This document shows, piece by piece, positions 1 through 12,938 of a stretch of DNA of 64,000 bases. Each line of letters begins with the position of its first letter. Within the stretch, counting starts at the first letter, position 1. The position numbers and the translations under genes are program-made. Origin of the DNA: an uncultured Chthonomonadaceae bacterium (GTDB lineage: Bacteria > Armatimonadota > Chthonomonadetes > Chthonomonadales > Chthonomonadaceae); assembly GCA_963835065.1 (NCBI GenBank), contig CAWIEK010000050.1, forward strand, positions 128,001 to 192,000. Reading direction: 5' to 3'. The notes beneath the pieces were generated by a model that made no database searches, had not been told where the DNA came from, and saw only the letters and a program-made list of their open reading frames with translations.

Positions 1-32
1 AAAGTATAACACGCAAAGGTCTGTGAAATTCT

Positions 33-1013
33 ATGAACCGCCCACCCGCCGAATATACGCTGCTTCCCGCCGATGAATTGCGCTCCTTTATCGCGCAGGT
101 GTTTACCCACGCGGCCATGCCTGCGGACAAGGCCGCTTTTCTCGCCGACCTGTTGGTTACAAACGACCTGCGCGGCGTTTTCAGTCACGGTACACAGCAG
201 ACGACCCGCTACGTCGAACAATTTCAGGATGGCGAATTGACGCCCGCAGCCGAAATCACCACGCTTGTCGAATCCCCGACGATGCTGGTTCTGGACGGCG
301 GCGGGGGCTTGGGCTATTTCCCCTGTCACCAGGCCACCACGCGCCTGATTGCCAAAGCGCAGGAGTCGGGCATTGCCGTAGCCACCACGCGCAATCATGG
401 ACATTTCGGCGCGGCGGGCATTTACGCCCGCATCCCTCTGACCATGACCTATTTTGCTATGTCACGTCCGGCCACCAGTTGAACCTGCATTCGGGCGATT
501 TCGTCATGTCGGCAGCCGGCGGCTCGCCAATGGCCTTCGGCATCCCCACCGGGAGTGAACCGCCTTTTGTTCTTGACTTCGGCGCAATCCACGATATGTA
601 TCTGGGGCCGGAAGCGATGAAGCCGATACTGGAACTCGTGCCCAGTACCGTCCTGCGCAGTTTCGGGCTGGGATGCGCTTGCCAGGCGCTCGGCGGGCTG
701 TTGTGCGGCGTTCCCATAGATGCGGAGCGGGCGCAGCGCCAATGGCCGGGCGCAAATCAAGGAAGTTTTATCATCGTCGTGGACATCGGCAAACTGTTTC
801 CATTAGAACCAGTTCAAGCGGGAGATGGACGAGTACGCGCGCCGGGTGCGGCAACTGACGCCGTTTGCGGGCATCGAGCAGGCGCTTTTACCCGGCGCAA
901 TCGAATGGGAACGGGAACAGCGAAGCATACAGGAGGGTATTCCCATCAGCCCGCGCCATGCGCAAGCCCTGCGCAAACTGGCATCGGAGTGCGGCCTCCC
1001 TGCCCCGCTTTAA
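33..1013 (+). CDS. Ldh_2 family (malate/L-lactate/ureidoglycolate-type) oxidoreductase, split by two apparent frameshifts
   Basis: Motifs DLRGVFSHG, LDGGGGLG and RNHGHFGAAG in ORF 33..482; continues in the frame of 479.. (PMAFGIP, FVLDFG, GSFIIVVD) and ends in 825..1013 (LLPGAIEW...GIPIS). Confidence 0.8.
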
Positions 1014-1060
1014 GTAAGCTTCGAAGTGAGACCTTGTTAAGGAAACCTATAGGAAACAGA

Positions 1061-2311
1061 ATGGAAGAGGAAACGACAAGGCGGGAGTTTATGCAGGGGT
1101 GTTTGATGGCTCCGTTCGCCCTGTCGGCAATGGAAGCGGCGAACGCGCAGGAGGCTGCCCCTGTCCGGCGTCCGAAACTCGCGGTGATTTTGACGCAGTA
1201 CGGCGCGACAAGTCACGGCCTTTGCTACTGCACCAAGTTTCTGGAAGGCAAGCAGTTCGACGATCATTTTGAACCGGCGCGGTGCGATGTGGTGGCGATG
1301 CGCCTGATGGAAATCGCTGCCGACGATATTGGCGTGGCGACCGCGAAGAAGCATAACGTGCCGCTGTATCCCTCCGTAGCCACTGCGCTCTGTCAGGGCG
1401 GAGACACGCTGGCCGTGGATGGCGTCGTGATTATCGGGGAGCATGGCACGTATCCGCTCAATGCCAAAGGCCAGCAGTTGTACCCGCGCCGCGAATTGTT
1501 CGATCAGGTTATCAATGTGTTTCGGCAGTCCGGGCGCGTCGTGCCTGTCTTCAATGATAAACACATGAGCTGGAACTGGACATGGGCCAAATATATGTGG
1601 CGAACTATTCAGGAGATGCGTATTCCCTGGATGGCGGGAAGCAGTCTGCCGTTCTCCAAATTCGAGCCGCTTGTTCCCCTGCCGCATCGCGCAAAACTGG
1701 ATCACGTCATCGCAGTAGGCTACGGCGGGCTGGAATCGTATGGCTTTCATGCGCTGGAAACCGGGCAGCATATCGTGGAGTGTCGGGCGGGCGGCGAGGT
1801 GGGCGTGAAGAGCGTACAGGTTCTTTCCGGGACGGCGGTCTGGGAAGCGCACAGGGCGGGGCGGTGGCCGCAGGAAATTGCCGAAGCCGCTTTCGGGGCG
1901 GTGAAACAGCCGAGCGGCAAGGCGCAGGATTACGCCAATGATGTTCACGCTTTCGACATCGCGTACCGGGACGGCCAGCGCATGACCGTGCTGATGGTAA
2001 ACGGCTTCTCGCAGGAGTTCGCGTTCGCGTACCGCGTGAAGGGCAGGCCGGAAATCGTCGCCGCATCCTACCGTCTGGACGATCTGCCCCGCTTGAAGCA
2101 CTTTTCCGCCACCGTCCGCGCGCTGGAAGAGATGTACCTGTCGGGCAAGCCCACAGCGGCGTCCGGCGAACGAACGTATCTCACAACAGGCATTCTCGCG
2201 TATGGCATGGAAAGCCATTACAAAGGCGGCGTAACACTCGACACGCCCGACCTGAACATCGCCTACAAGCCCATGCCCGTACCTGCCCACTGGCAAGAGG
2301 TCATGCGGTAG
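1061..2311 (+). CDS. Putative Tat-exported oxidoreductase-like (Gfo/Idh/MocA-related) conserved protein
   Basis: ATG at 1061 after AGGAAAC; twin-arginine TTRREFM; motifs DGVVIIGEHGTYP, VFNDKH, MAGSSLP, ESYGFHALE. Confidence 0.65.
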   Translation: MEEETTRREFMQGCLMAPFALSAMEAANAQEAAPVRRPKLAVILTQYGATSHGLCYCTKFLEGKQFDDHFEPARCDVVAMRLMEIAADDIGVATAKKHNVPLYPSVATALCQGGDTLAVDGVVIIGEHGTYPLNAKGQQLYPRRELFDQVINVFRQSGRVVPVFNDKHMSWNWTWAKYMWRTIQEMRIPWMAGSSLPFSKFEPLVPLPHRAKLDHVIAVGYGGLESYGFHALETGQHIVECRAGGEVGVKSVQVLSGTAVWEAHRAGRWPQEIAEAAFGAVKQPSGKAQDYANDVHAFDIAYRDGQRMTVLMVNGFSQEFAFAYRVKGRPEIVAASYRLDDLPRLKHFSATVRALEEMYLSGKPTAASGERTYLTTGILAYGMESHYKGGVTLDTPDLNIAYKPMPVPAHWQEVMR

Positions 2312-2363
2312 CAGAACAGAGTGCAAGTAAACTTCATCAAAGCTTCAATGAAGAGAGAAATCA

Positions 2364-3011
2364 ATGGTCAGCCCGGAACAATTTGTCACTCTCTGGCATA
2401 GAACAATATTTGCCGGACTGGATGCAGAGGAAGAGAATATCTGGCGTGTACCGCCGCTTGTTAGCTTTGACGAGACTGTCGTTGCCAGTTTACCACTTCC
2501 CGAAACAAGCCGACGTTTTCTTACTGAGGCGGGACTGCCAACACATGCGTTCAGTGGATGGCGCTTTGGTTATCCTTCCGACGCTATGCCGCCGCTTCCA
2601 CAAGCCATTGCAGGTTGGACGTACCCTGCTGACTATGCTCGCTATCGTATGTTAGGAGTAGATGAACAGCGAACGGACAGCAAAAAACCAAGTGGAATTT
2701 TTTATAGCGTTATCTGCCTTGATTTGGAAACAAATGGGCAGGTGGTCAATGTAATGACCCTTCCAGACTATCCGGTCAAGTTTCTCAACTCCAGCATATC
2801 GCAATTTGCGGAATTTATTCTGTTATGGAATCAGAAGATAGAATGGCGCACTGCTCACAAACTCAGGTGGGGGCTGGATGATTATGAGGTTTGGGAACAG
2901 GAGCGTGTTGCATACAATCTCAAAATGGCGGAGCAGATGCGCCGGATAGACCCACCTACATGGCAGGCCGGATTGCTGTGGTACGAACGCATAACAAACC
3001 CTTTAGGATGA
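2364..3011 (+). CDS. SUKH-4 family immunity protein
   Basis: LPETSRRFLTEAGLP and FLNSSISQFAEFI motifs typical of SUKH-4; AT-richer than its neighbours. Confidence 0.7.
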   Translation: MVSPEQFVTLWHRTIFAGLDAEEENIWRVPPLVSFDETVVASLPLPETSRRFLTEAGLPTHAFSGWRFGYPSDAMPPLPQAIAGWTYPADYARYRMLGVDEQRTDSKKPSGIFYSVICLDLETNGQVVNVMTLPDYPVKFLNSSISQFAEFILLWNQKIEWRTAHKLRWGLDDYEVWEQERVAYNLKMAEQMRRIDPPTWQAGLLWYERITNPLG

Positions 3012-3962
3012 ATACCATAGAGGTTTCCGGTATAGATAGTGCGCGGCGGCAGTGTGCAGGTCGGTGTCGGAGGCGTGTTGGAAACGCCGCGCCAGTTGTG
3101 CCCGCGTAATGCCCGCCTGCCCCTCCGTCACCCTGTCATCGGGAACGTACTGCTGCGCAGGCAGGATCATGCGCCGCACTGCCACGCGCTCAAAGCCTGC
3201 CGCTTCCAAAAGCGCCATGATTTCCCCCGGCAGCAGGCGATTGTGGTACGTCAGCGGGTGTCCATACGCGAAGTTATAGACAGATTCCGGCAGGGCGAGA
3301 TGCGCGAGAAACCGGCGGCCCTTATCCGCATGGTACAAATGGTCGCGATGATCCAGAACATGCGACGCGATGCCGCCCGGACGCAGGACGCGGTGACACT
3401 CCGCGAAGAAGGCCGCGAGAGCGTCGGGAGTGTAGTGTTCCAGTGCGCCGCCCGAATGACATAAATCGTAGGAAGCATCCGGTAAAGGGACGGAAGGAGG
3501 CGCGTTTAGGGCGAGCGATGTTCCCTGCACAGCCGTCAGGACATTGGCGACGCTTGTTTCCCACCGCAGCGCTTCCACCGCGTCACGGCGTTGGGCGGTT
3601 ACGAGATGGGGCGGCAGTTCCGTTTGCAGCGCGCCGTTCACGGCCCGCGCTAAATAGCGATCCAATAGACGAGCCTGAGAATTGGTAACAGTGCCCCCCT
3701 TGCCCGTCGTGAGATAGTTCATCAGCAGGGCGAACGGCGTCCAGCCCGCCTCATGTACCCACACATCCAGTCCCTCCATGTTCAGGCGACACGCTTCCCC
3801 CGTCCACACGCGCACATAGCCGGGCCAGACACGGCGCAGCTTATCCACATGCCCGCCCTGTGTGCCCAGCGTGCTGCGGGTCAGTTCGCGGTAAAAGCGC
3901 GCGCCACCCGGCATCCGCCCGAACCCGAACAGCATTGCGGCCTTAACACTCGCGCGCAGCAT
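3003..3962 (-). CDS. Class I SAM-dependent methyltransferase
   Basis: LPDASYDLCHSGGALEH and ECHRVLRPGG motifs; ATG at 3962 preceded by GGGGG. Confidence 0.8.
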   Translation of the reverse strand: MLRASVKAAMLFGFGRMPGGARFYRELTRSTLGTQGGHVDKLRRVWPGYVRVWTGEACRLNMEGLDVWVHEAGWTPFALLMNYLTTGKGGTVTNSQARLLDRYLARAVNGALQTELPPHLVTAQRRDAVEALRWETSVANVLTAVQGTSLALNAPPSVPLPDASYDLCHSGGALEHYTPDALAAFFAECHRVLRPGGIASHVLDHRDHLYHADKGRRFLAHLALPESVYNFAYGHPLTYHNRLLPGEIMALLEAAGFERVAVRRMILPAQQYVPDDRVTEGQAGITRAQLARRFQHASDTDLHTAAAHYLYRKPLWYSS

Positions 3963-3970
3963 GGTTCCCC

Positions 3971-4783
3971 CTACTCCTCGTCCGGCATCGCGTACAAGAT
4001 TCGCCCCCGGTTCCGCGCCACTTCCTGATCCAGCAAAAGGCTGCCATCCGCGCGCAGGAACCGCCGCCGAATGTGGTTCTCGCGGTACCAGTCGCCTTCC
4101 CGCTGATAGCGGCGATGGTGAGTCTCGTAAATTTCCGCCGTCCAGCCGGGGTCGGCCTCCGTCCAGACTTCCCCGGTCAGAAACGTCTCGTCTACGCGGA
4201 AGCGCAGCAGTACCGGATGGGGAAGGGGATTCACGAAGCGCAGGTCGGCGTAGTTGTAAAACACGGTCGCGCCGCATCCGAAGGGAACCGTGCGCCCATG
4301 ATCGGGAAACAGATCAACGCCGTGCCGAAATCGCTCCGTGACCGTCATGCCACTGCGGAGGGCGAGCAGATAAAGCATGTTGGAAACCATACAGCACCCG
4401 CCCCCGATGCCCTGTGACAGTTTCCCGTCGTGCAGTTCCAGGCCGGGGCGGAACCCCCGCAGGCGCATGGGACGCCCGACGGTACGATGGTAGGAGAAAA
4501 TTTCGTGCGGGCGGAGTAGCAGGCCGTCAATGCGCCGGGTGGCAACGGTCACATTGCGCTCCTTGCCGGCCTGCAAGCGCGGCGGCGCTTCACCGGGCGT
4601 GCGGTTGAGGGGCGAGCGGTGACACGCCAGCAGAAACCCGAACGACTGCGTTTGCGCCGGAGGCAATCGTGTCCGCGCAATGGAGGGGGTTTCCACAATC
4701 CAGGCAGGCAGTCGTTTCAGGCGCAGCAACTCCACGCGCAACGGACGCGGAAGCAGGAGACGCGCAGCGGAGCGCAGGTTCAT
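3971..4783 (-). CDS. VanW family protein
   Basis: GIGGGCCMVSNMLY, ERFRHG and GATVFYNYADLRFVN motifs. Confidence 0.8.
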   Translation of the reverse strand: MNLRSAARLLLPRPLRVELLRLKRLPAWIVETPSIARTRLPPAQTQSFGFLLACHRSPLNRTPGEAPPRLQAGKERNVTVATRRIDGLLLRPHEIFSYHRTVGRPMRLRGFRPGLELHDGKLSQGIGGGCCMVSNMLYLLALRSGMTVTERFRHGVDLFPDHGRTVPFGCGATVFYNYADLRFVNPLPHPVLLRFRVDETFLTGEVWTEADPGWTAEIYETHHRRYQREGDWYRENHIRRRFLRADGSLLLDQEVARNRGRILYAMPDEE

Positions 4784-4864
4784 AGCAATTCTTTCCACAC
4801 GCAGCAAGGAACAGGGCTGTACAGAGTATTCGCCATGCCGCAAGGGATTCCTGCTTTCACTCCG

Positions 4865-5083
4865 ATGAAGCATTTTTCCGCCACTGTCCGCGCGCTGGAA
4901 GAGATGTATCTTGCCGGCAGGCCGACGGCGGCCTCCAGCGAACGAACGTATCTGACAACGGGCATTCTCGCGTATGGCATGGAAAGCCATTACAAAGGGG
5001 GCGTAAATCTCGACACGCCCGACTTGAACATCGCGTACAAGTCCATGCCCGTACCTGCCCACTGGCAAGAGGTCATGCGATAA
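4865..5083 (+). pseudogene. Orphan diverged copy of the 3' end (~71 codons) of the gene at 1061..2311
   Basis: KHFSATVRALEEMYL...PAHWQEVMR matches 2094..2311 with scattered substitutions; no matching 5' part upstream. Confidence 0.85.
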
Positions 5084-5155
5084 CGGAATAGGAATACAGG
5101 AGAAAGCCACCAGAATCTTGATGAGGAGAAATCAATATCTCGCTATGAACTTCCC

Positions 5156-5752
5156 TTACCCTCCAAAAGAGCCTTCAAAGGCGAGTTGGGTCAGCGGCAG
5201 ACGCGCGCTCGCATGCTCCCGTGCCTGTAGCGCCTCCGGCAGTTCAGACGGATCGCCAAGACGCCCAACGGTATACGCAGCCTCAACCGTGTAGCCTTCC
5301 GGCACGTTGAGTTCAGCGAGGGCGCGATCTCTGTCAAAACCGACCATACCGTGAGTGAACCAACCCATTTTGTAGGCTTGAAGGGCAAAATAGCCGGACG
5401 CGGTGCCTGCATCGAAGGAGTGGGTGGGCGAAGGCACGTCCTTATCCGCTCCTGGTGGTCGCATCAATGAGTTGGAAACCAGGATGACGAGCGCGGACGC
5501 ATTCTTCGCCCAACTTCGATTATAGGGTACGAGCAGGCCAAGGAACTTGTCCCAGCACGGCGTGTCACGCCGCGCGTAAATGAAGCGCCACGGCTGTGAA
5601 TTGTAAGAAGACGCGGCCCATCTTGCGGCCTCAAGCATGGTCAGCAGATCCGTCTCGCTAATCGCCTCGCCAGTAAAGGCGCGGGGCGACCAGCGCTCCA
5701 GAAACATCGGTTCTATAGGATAGTCGGCGGTTCGGCCGTTAGCGGTAGTCAT
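5156..5752 (-). CDS. Nitroreductase family protein
   Basis: ERWSPRAF, AARWAASSYNSQPWRF and HGMVGFD motifs. Confidence 0.9.
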   Translation of the reverse strand: MTTANGRTADYPIEPMFLERWSPRAFTGEAISETDLLTMLEAARWAASSYNSQPWRFIYARRDTPCWDKFLGLLVPYNRSWAKNASALVILVSNSLMRPPGADKDVPSPTHSFDAGTASGYFALQAYKMGWFTHGMVGFDRDRALAELNVPEGYTVEAAYTVGRLGDPSELPEALQAREHASARLPLTQLAFEGSFGG

Positions 5753-5870
5753 CTGAGTTCTCCCTGAGTTTGCCCTCCGGCGCGGATTTTGAGTCAGCAC
5801 GATTTTTATCAGCGTCTCGATGATCATCATAGATCACCTGCGTGAGGCGTTGATCTGCGGTGGCGGCACA

Positions 5871-5950
5871 CTCTAAGTAGCCCGTTGGTGTAAGTTCGTA
5901 GATTTTTGAGATTGAATTTCTACGAAGTTCGACCTTCGGGCTACTTAGAG
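5871..5950. repeat. Small inverted-repeat element (possible MITE) abutting the next element
   Basis: CTCTAAGTAGCCCG (5871-5884) and CGGGCTACTTAGAG (5937-5950); internal TTCGTAGA/TCTACGAA pair. Confidence 0.6.
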
Positions 5951-6040
5951 CCTATCCCGATAGGGCTTGTCCTTGCGTCCGTAGGACGCTTGCACTTTCC
6001 TGCCGGGTATTTGCAATACCCGGCCAATTGGGATAGGCTC
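5948..6040. mobile_element. MITE, copy 1 (IS5-like ends)
   Basis: 11-bp TIR GAGCCTATCCC...GGGATAGGCTC; TTA on both sides; related copy at 47519..47690. Confidence 0.75.
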
Positions 6041-6463
6041 TTAGTGCGATTGTGCAGCTAAGACTACGGCGACGATAAGAAGAAGGCAAAGAACGTAGCC
6101 CAGAAGCTGCTGCGGACTGAAACCGAGCGGGCGCGGCGTAAAATCCTTAAATTCGGGATCGTACCAGGCGGTGCCGGGGAAAATCGTCGAAAACGCCATC
6201 GCAATCCAGTACATCCCTGCGACAGCAACAGCGATAAGGAACAGCGGGAATGTAAGCGGCCGTGATCCGAAGAGGATGACGAGTGACAACGTACCGCCCA
6301 GGATGCCCATCAGCATGGTTTGGCCGTTGTGAAACTTAGCGTGGGGCGGCCAAGCCGGATTCCAAAGGTGCTGCCTCGCCGTGGACGGTATGACGGCATC
6401 GAAGACGAACCCGCCGAAGCCGTACACAGCAACGAATGCGACAATCCATTTTGCGATTTCCAT
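6041..6463 (-). CDS. DUF6640-like membrane protein
   Basis: HLWNPAWPPHAKFHNGQTM signature; about four hydrophobic segments. Confidence 0.7.
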   Translation of the reverse strand: MEIAKWIVAFVAVYGFGGFVFDAVIPSTARQHLWNPAWPPHAKFHNGQTMLMGILGGTLSLVILFGSRPLTFPLFLIAVAVAGMYWIAMAFSTIFPGTAWYDPEFKDFTPRPLGFSPQQLLGYVLCLLLIVAVVLAAQSH

Positions 6464-6883
6464 GACGAACCCTTTCCCTAATGTGACACGCAGCTCAAAG
6501 CCTGCTCGCTTCAGTAAACAGCGGTTTGCGAGTAATTCTGAGTGGCGTAAGCCTATTGCGCGCCGGAAAAGGAACTTACGCTGTTGTCGGCGACTTTGGC
6601 CGAACTCACGTAGGTTAGTCGTTGGAGGCAATGCAGAAGGGGTTTGTCTCTTCCGCAGTCGTAAAAAGAAGCCCTCCCAACGACGCCCGGGCGCAAATAC
6701 GCCTTTGGTGACATCGTCGTGGGCCCTGATGCGGAAGCATCGAGCAGAACTCCTGCCGGGGAGACGGGAGTGATCGGACTACCTTACCGATCCGTCGTTT
6801 TCGACATTATGATAATACCACATCACTGCTGCGGTTGTCAAGATATTTATCGATTTGAACTCAAGTGAGCAACGTGTATGGGG

Positions 6884-8188
6884 TTACAACCCACGCGCCG
6901 CGCGAATGTCCTTTTGCGCGGTGAAAACGGCGGCGGTGTAGAGAATTGCGGCTACGCCGACATAGATGAGGGCGGTGGAAGAAATCGCCGCGCTCATGGT
7001 AATGTGGTGGTCTACCGCTACGCCGATTGCCAGCGAACCCAGCCCCGCGCCCATCCAGCCGACCAGATTCATCAATCCGGTGGCCGTGCCGCGCCGTATC
7101 GGGGTAATCACGTCGTAATAAGCGGCGGTGAGGTTGGAATCGTACACGCCCTTGCACAATCCGAACAGGGTCATGGCGACAATTAATATACGGGGGCTTT
7201 GGGTATAGCCGCACAGGAAGATGAACGGCGCTCCGAGCAGAGCCGCAAGCGCCTGTACGCGTATACGCCCGTCAAGCCGCCATACTGCCCACCTGTCTGC
7301 CAGGACGCCGCCGAGCAGCGACCCGGCAATACTCGCCATCTGAATAAAGAACGTCGCGCCCAACCCCGCAGCCGCCAGAGTCAGCCCGAACTTTTCTTTG
7401 AGGAACGTGGGCATCCAGGTCAGGAAGACCAGCCCCACCATGTTCGCGCCAAAATACGCGGCAACCAACAAAATGGCGGTGGGAGTGCGGGACAACTCCA
7501 TCAGAAACGCGGGCATGGAGATTGGTTCCGGTTCGGGTTCCGGCTGTTCCCCACTTGCGCCGCGTTCCTCCCGTTCCGCCTGATTGCGCATCGGCTCCCG
7601 GATGAAAACGCGCAAGATAATGCCCAGGCTAATTCCCGCAACGGCGAGACACCAAAACGGCGACTGCCATCCGTAGCGCTGCCCCATCCATCCCGCTAAG
7701 GCGCTCCCGCCAATGGTTCCGGCAAAAATGCTCGTCTGGTGCAGGCCGATAGCCCGTGAGCGCGTGGCAGGCGTATGGTAGTCGCTGATAATCGCCATCG
7801 AAGCCGGAAAATAAAACGCTTCGCCCAGCCCCTCCGCGCCCCTGACCAGCACGAATTGCCACACGAGGCGGCATTGCGCGGTCAGTCCCGTAATCAGGCT
7901 CCACACCCAAAGCCCGCCTAAAATAACCCACTTGCGCGGGTAACGATCCCCGATATGCCCGGCAAACGGCGAGGCCAGCGCGTACACCCACGTAAAGGCC
8001 GCGCCAATCCAGCCGAGTTGGGTTTTCGTGAGATGGTATTGCTTTTCAAGCAGGGGAAAAACGGAGAAGATCGCCAGACGGTCAGCATAGTTGAAAAAGC
8101 AGATGAACCAGAGCATCCAAACGAGCGCCCACCGATAAGCCGCAGTGGAGGAGGGGGGCGCTTCCGTTATCGTGGCGGGTTCAGGCAT
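6884..8188 (-). CDS. MFS transporter
   Basis: NYADRLAI and GHIGDRYPRK (motif A); about 12 hydrophobic segments. Confidence 0.9.
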   Translation of the reverse strand: MPEPATITEAPPSSTAAYRWALVWMLWFICFFNYADRLAIFSVFPLLEKQYHLTKTQLGWIGAAFTWVYALASPFAGHIGDRYPRKWVILGGLWVWSLITGLTAQCRLVWQFVLVRGAEGLGEAFYFPASMAIISDYHTPATRSRAIGLHQTSIFAGTIGGSALAGWMGQRYGWQSPFWCLAVAGISLGIILRVFIREPMRNQAEREERGASGEQPEPEPEPISMPAFLMELSRTPTAILLVAAYFGANMVGLVFLTWMPTFLKEKFGLTLAAAGLGATFFIQMASIAGSLLGGVLADRWAVWRLDGRIRVQALAALLGAPFIFLCGYTQSPRILIVAMTLFGLCKGVYDSNLTAAYYDVITPIRRGTATGLMNLVGWMGAGLGSLAIGVAVDHHITMSAAISSTALIYVGVAAILYTAAVFTAQKDIRAARGL

Positions 8189-8208
8189 CTCGTTTCACTT
8201 GAAAGTTC

Positions 8209-9669
8209 CTACGCTAGAATACCGTTGATGATTTCGCCATGCACGTCGGTGAGGCGGAAATCGCGCCCGCTGTAGCGGTACGTCAGTTTGGTGTGATCCA
8301 GGCCCATCAGGTGCAGAATGGTGGCGTGTAAATCGTGGACGTGAACGCGGTTTTCAATGGCTTTGTAGCCGAACTCGTCTGTGGAACCATACGCCATGCC
8401 ACCCTTCACGCCGCCGCCCGCCATCCACATCGAAAAGCCCAGGCTGTGGTGGTCGCGCCCCTTGCCCTGCGAAGTCGGGGTGCGCCCGAATTCGCCGCCC
8501 CAAATGACAAGGGTATCCTCCAGCATCCCCCGCGCTTTCAGGTCTTTGAGCAGGGCGGCAATGGGCTTGTCGCTTTTGCGGGCATGGTCGCGATGGTTTT
8601 CTATGTCACCGTGATCGTCCCAGGGCTGCCCGTCGCCGTAATAAATCTGCGTGATGCGGACGCCGCGCTCCGCAAGCCGACGGGCCATCAGGCAGGCGTT
8701 GGCGAACTCCCCGTCACCGTACATTTTGCGCGTCGCTTCCGATTCCCTGCTGATGTCGAAAGCGTCCTGCGCTTCGGACTGCATCCGGTACGCCAGTTCC
8801 AGGCTCGTGATACGCGCTTCCAATTGCGGGTCATGGTCGTGCCGGCTGAGATGCATTCCGTTCATCTGCTGCAATAAATCGAGTTGTCCGCGCTGGTCGG
8901 AGGGGGACAGATAGCGGTTTTCCACGTTGCGCAGAATTTTCTTCGGGTCGGTTTCGCGGTTGTTGATGTGCGTTCCCTGATACACGCCGGGCAGGAAACT
9001 GTTGCTCCACAACTGCGGCCCAACAACGGGCTTGCCGGGACACAGGGCGACAAAACCGGGCAAGTCCTGATTGAGCGTACCCAGGCCATACGTAATCCAC
9101 GAGCCAAGTGAGGGGCGAATCGGCTGCATGTTGCCGGAATTCATCATCAGCAGGGCAGGTTCGTGGTTCGGGTTATCTGTCCACATTGAGCGCAGGATAC
9201 AAATATCATCTATGCAGCTGCCCACTTCGGGATACAGTTCCGTGACTTCCAGGCCGCTCTTGCCGTACCGCGCCGATTTGAACGGCGACGCCATCAGCGA
9301 ACCGGGATTCTTTTTGTCGCCGATTTTGATAGCGTCCGGCGACTGCCCCGCATATTTCGCCAGCGAGGGCTTGGGATCGAACGTATCCACGTGCGACGGC
9401 CCGCCGTTCATAAACAGAAAAATAACCCGTTTGGCGCGGGCAGGAAAATGGGAAGGCCGGGGCGTCAGGCTGTAACTTCTCCCATGCGCGACAGCAGGAG
9501 CCACAGCATTCACAACCGGCGCGGCCAATGCTTCCGCCGACAAAATACTGTTCAGCGCCAACGCGCCAAACCCGCCGCCGATCTTACACAGCATTTCCCG
9601 CCGTGAAGGCAGGGCGGAAGGAGCAGAAGCGGCTTCATACAAGTTATCGTCAGAGTGATTGTCGGGCAT
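8209..9669 (-). CDS. DUF1501 domain protein (Tat-like leader)
   Basis: SRREML leader; KRVIFLFMNGGPSHVDTFDPKP, WGGEFGRTP and HVHDLHATILHLMG motifs; exact start uncertain. Confidence 0.9.
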   Translation of the reverse strand: MPDNHSDDNLYEAASAPSALPSRREMLCKIGGGFGALALNSILSAEALAAPVVNAVAPAVAHGRSYSLTPRPSHFPARAKRVIFLFMNGGPSHVDTFDPKPSLAKYAGQSPDAIKIGDKKNPGSLMASPFKSARYGKSGLEVTELYPEVGSCIDDICILRSMWTDNPNHEPALLMMNSGNMQPIRPSLGSWITYGLGTLNQDLPGFVALCPGKPVVGPQLWSNSFLPGVYQGTHINNRETDPKKILRNVENRYLSPSDQRGQLDLLQQMNGMHLSRHDHDPQLEARITSLELAYRMQSEAQDAFDISRESEATRKMYGDGEFANACLMARRLAERGVRITQIYYGDGQPWDDHGDIENHRDHARKSDKPIAALLKDLKARGMLEDTLVIWGGEFGRTPTSQGKGRDHHSLGFSMWMAGGGVKGGMAYGSTDEFGYKAIENRVHVHDLHATILHLMGLDHTKLTYRYSGRDFRLTDVHGEIINGILA

Positions 9670-9834
9670 TGGGTTGTGTCTCGTTTCAGAGAAGTAGTCT
9701 TGAACCATGATTGAGGACGCGCGTTTGTCTATCTGAACCATGATTTTTCATGATTTATGTGATTACTTATGATTGAAGAGGCGCGTTCCTCATGGCAATC
9801 ATAATAATCCTGAAAATCCGGGTTCAAGACAACT

Positions 9835-12801
<2,967 letters not shown>

Positions 12802-12938
12802 GACACCGCTTTCATAGTTCACAGCGATAAAGACGCCGGATAACATTACAGATTAAAAGGCTGGAAGAGCAACGTGACTTGCAGGTTTAGAGAGGAAGGG
12901 TTTGGAAAAGTTGCAGGCGATTTCACCCTTGCTTTTAT

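Noticed and set aside
479..2311. 610-aa ORF read as a single fusion protein
   Set aside because: Its 5' part is the frameshifted middle of the Ldh_2 gene; the real downstream gene starts at 1061 with its own Tat leader.
3971..4783. Vancomycin resistance locus
   Set aside because: VanW-domain genes are widespread and no vanA/B, vanH, vanX or vanRS genes are present.
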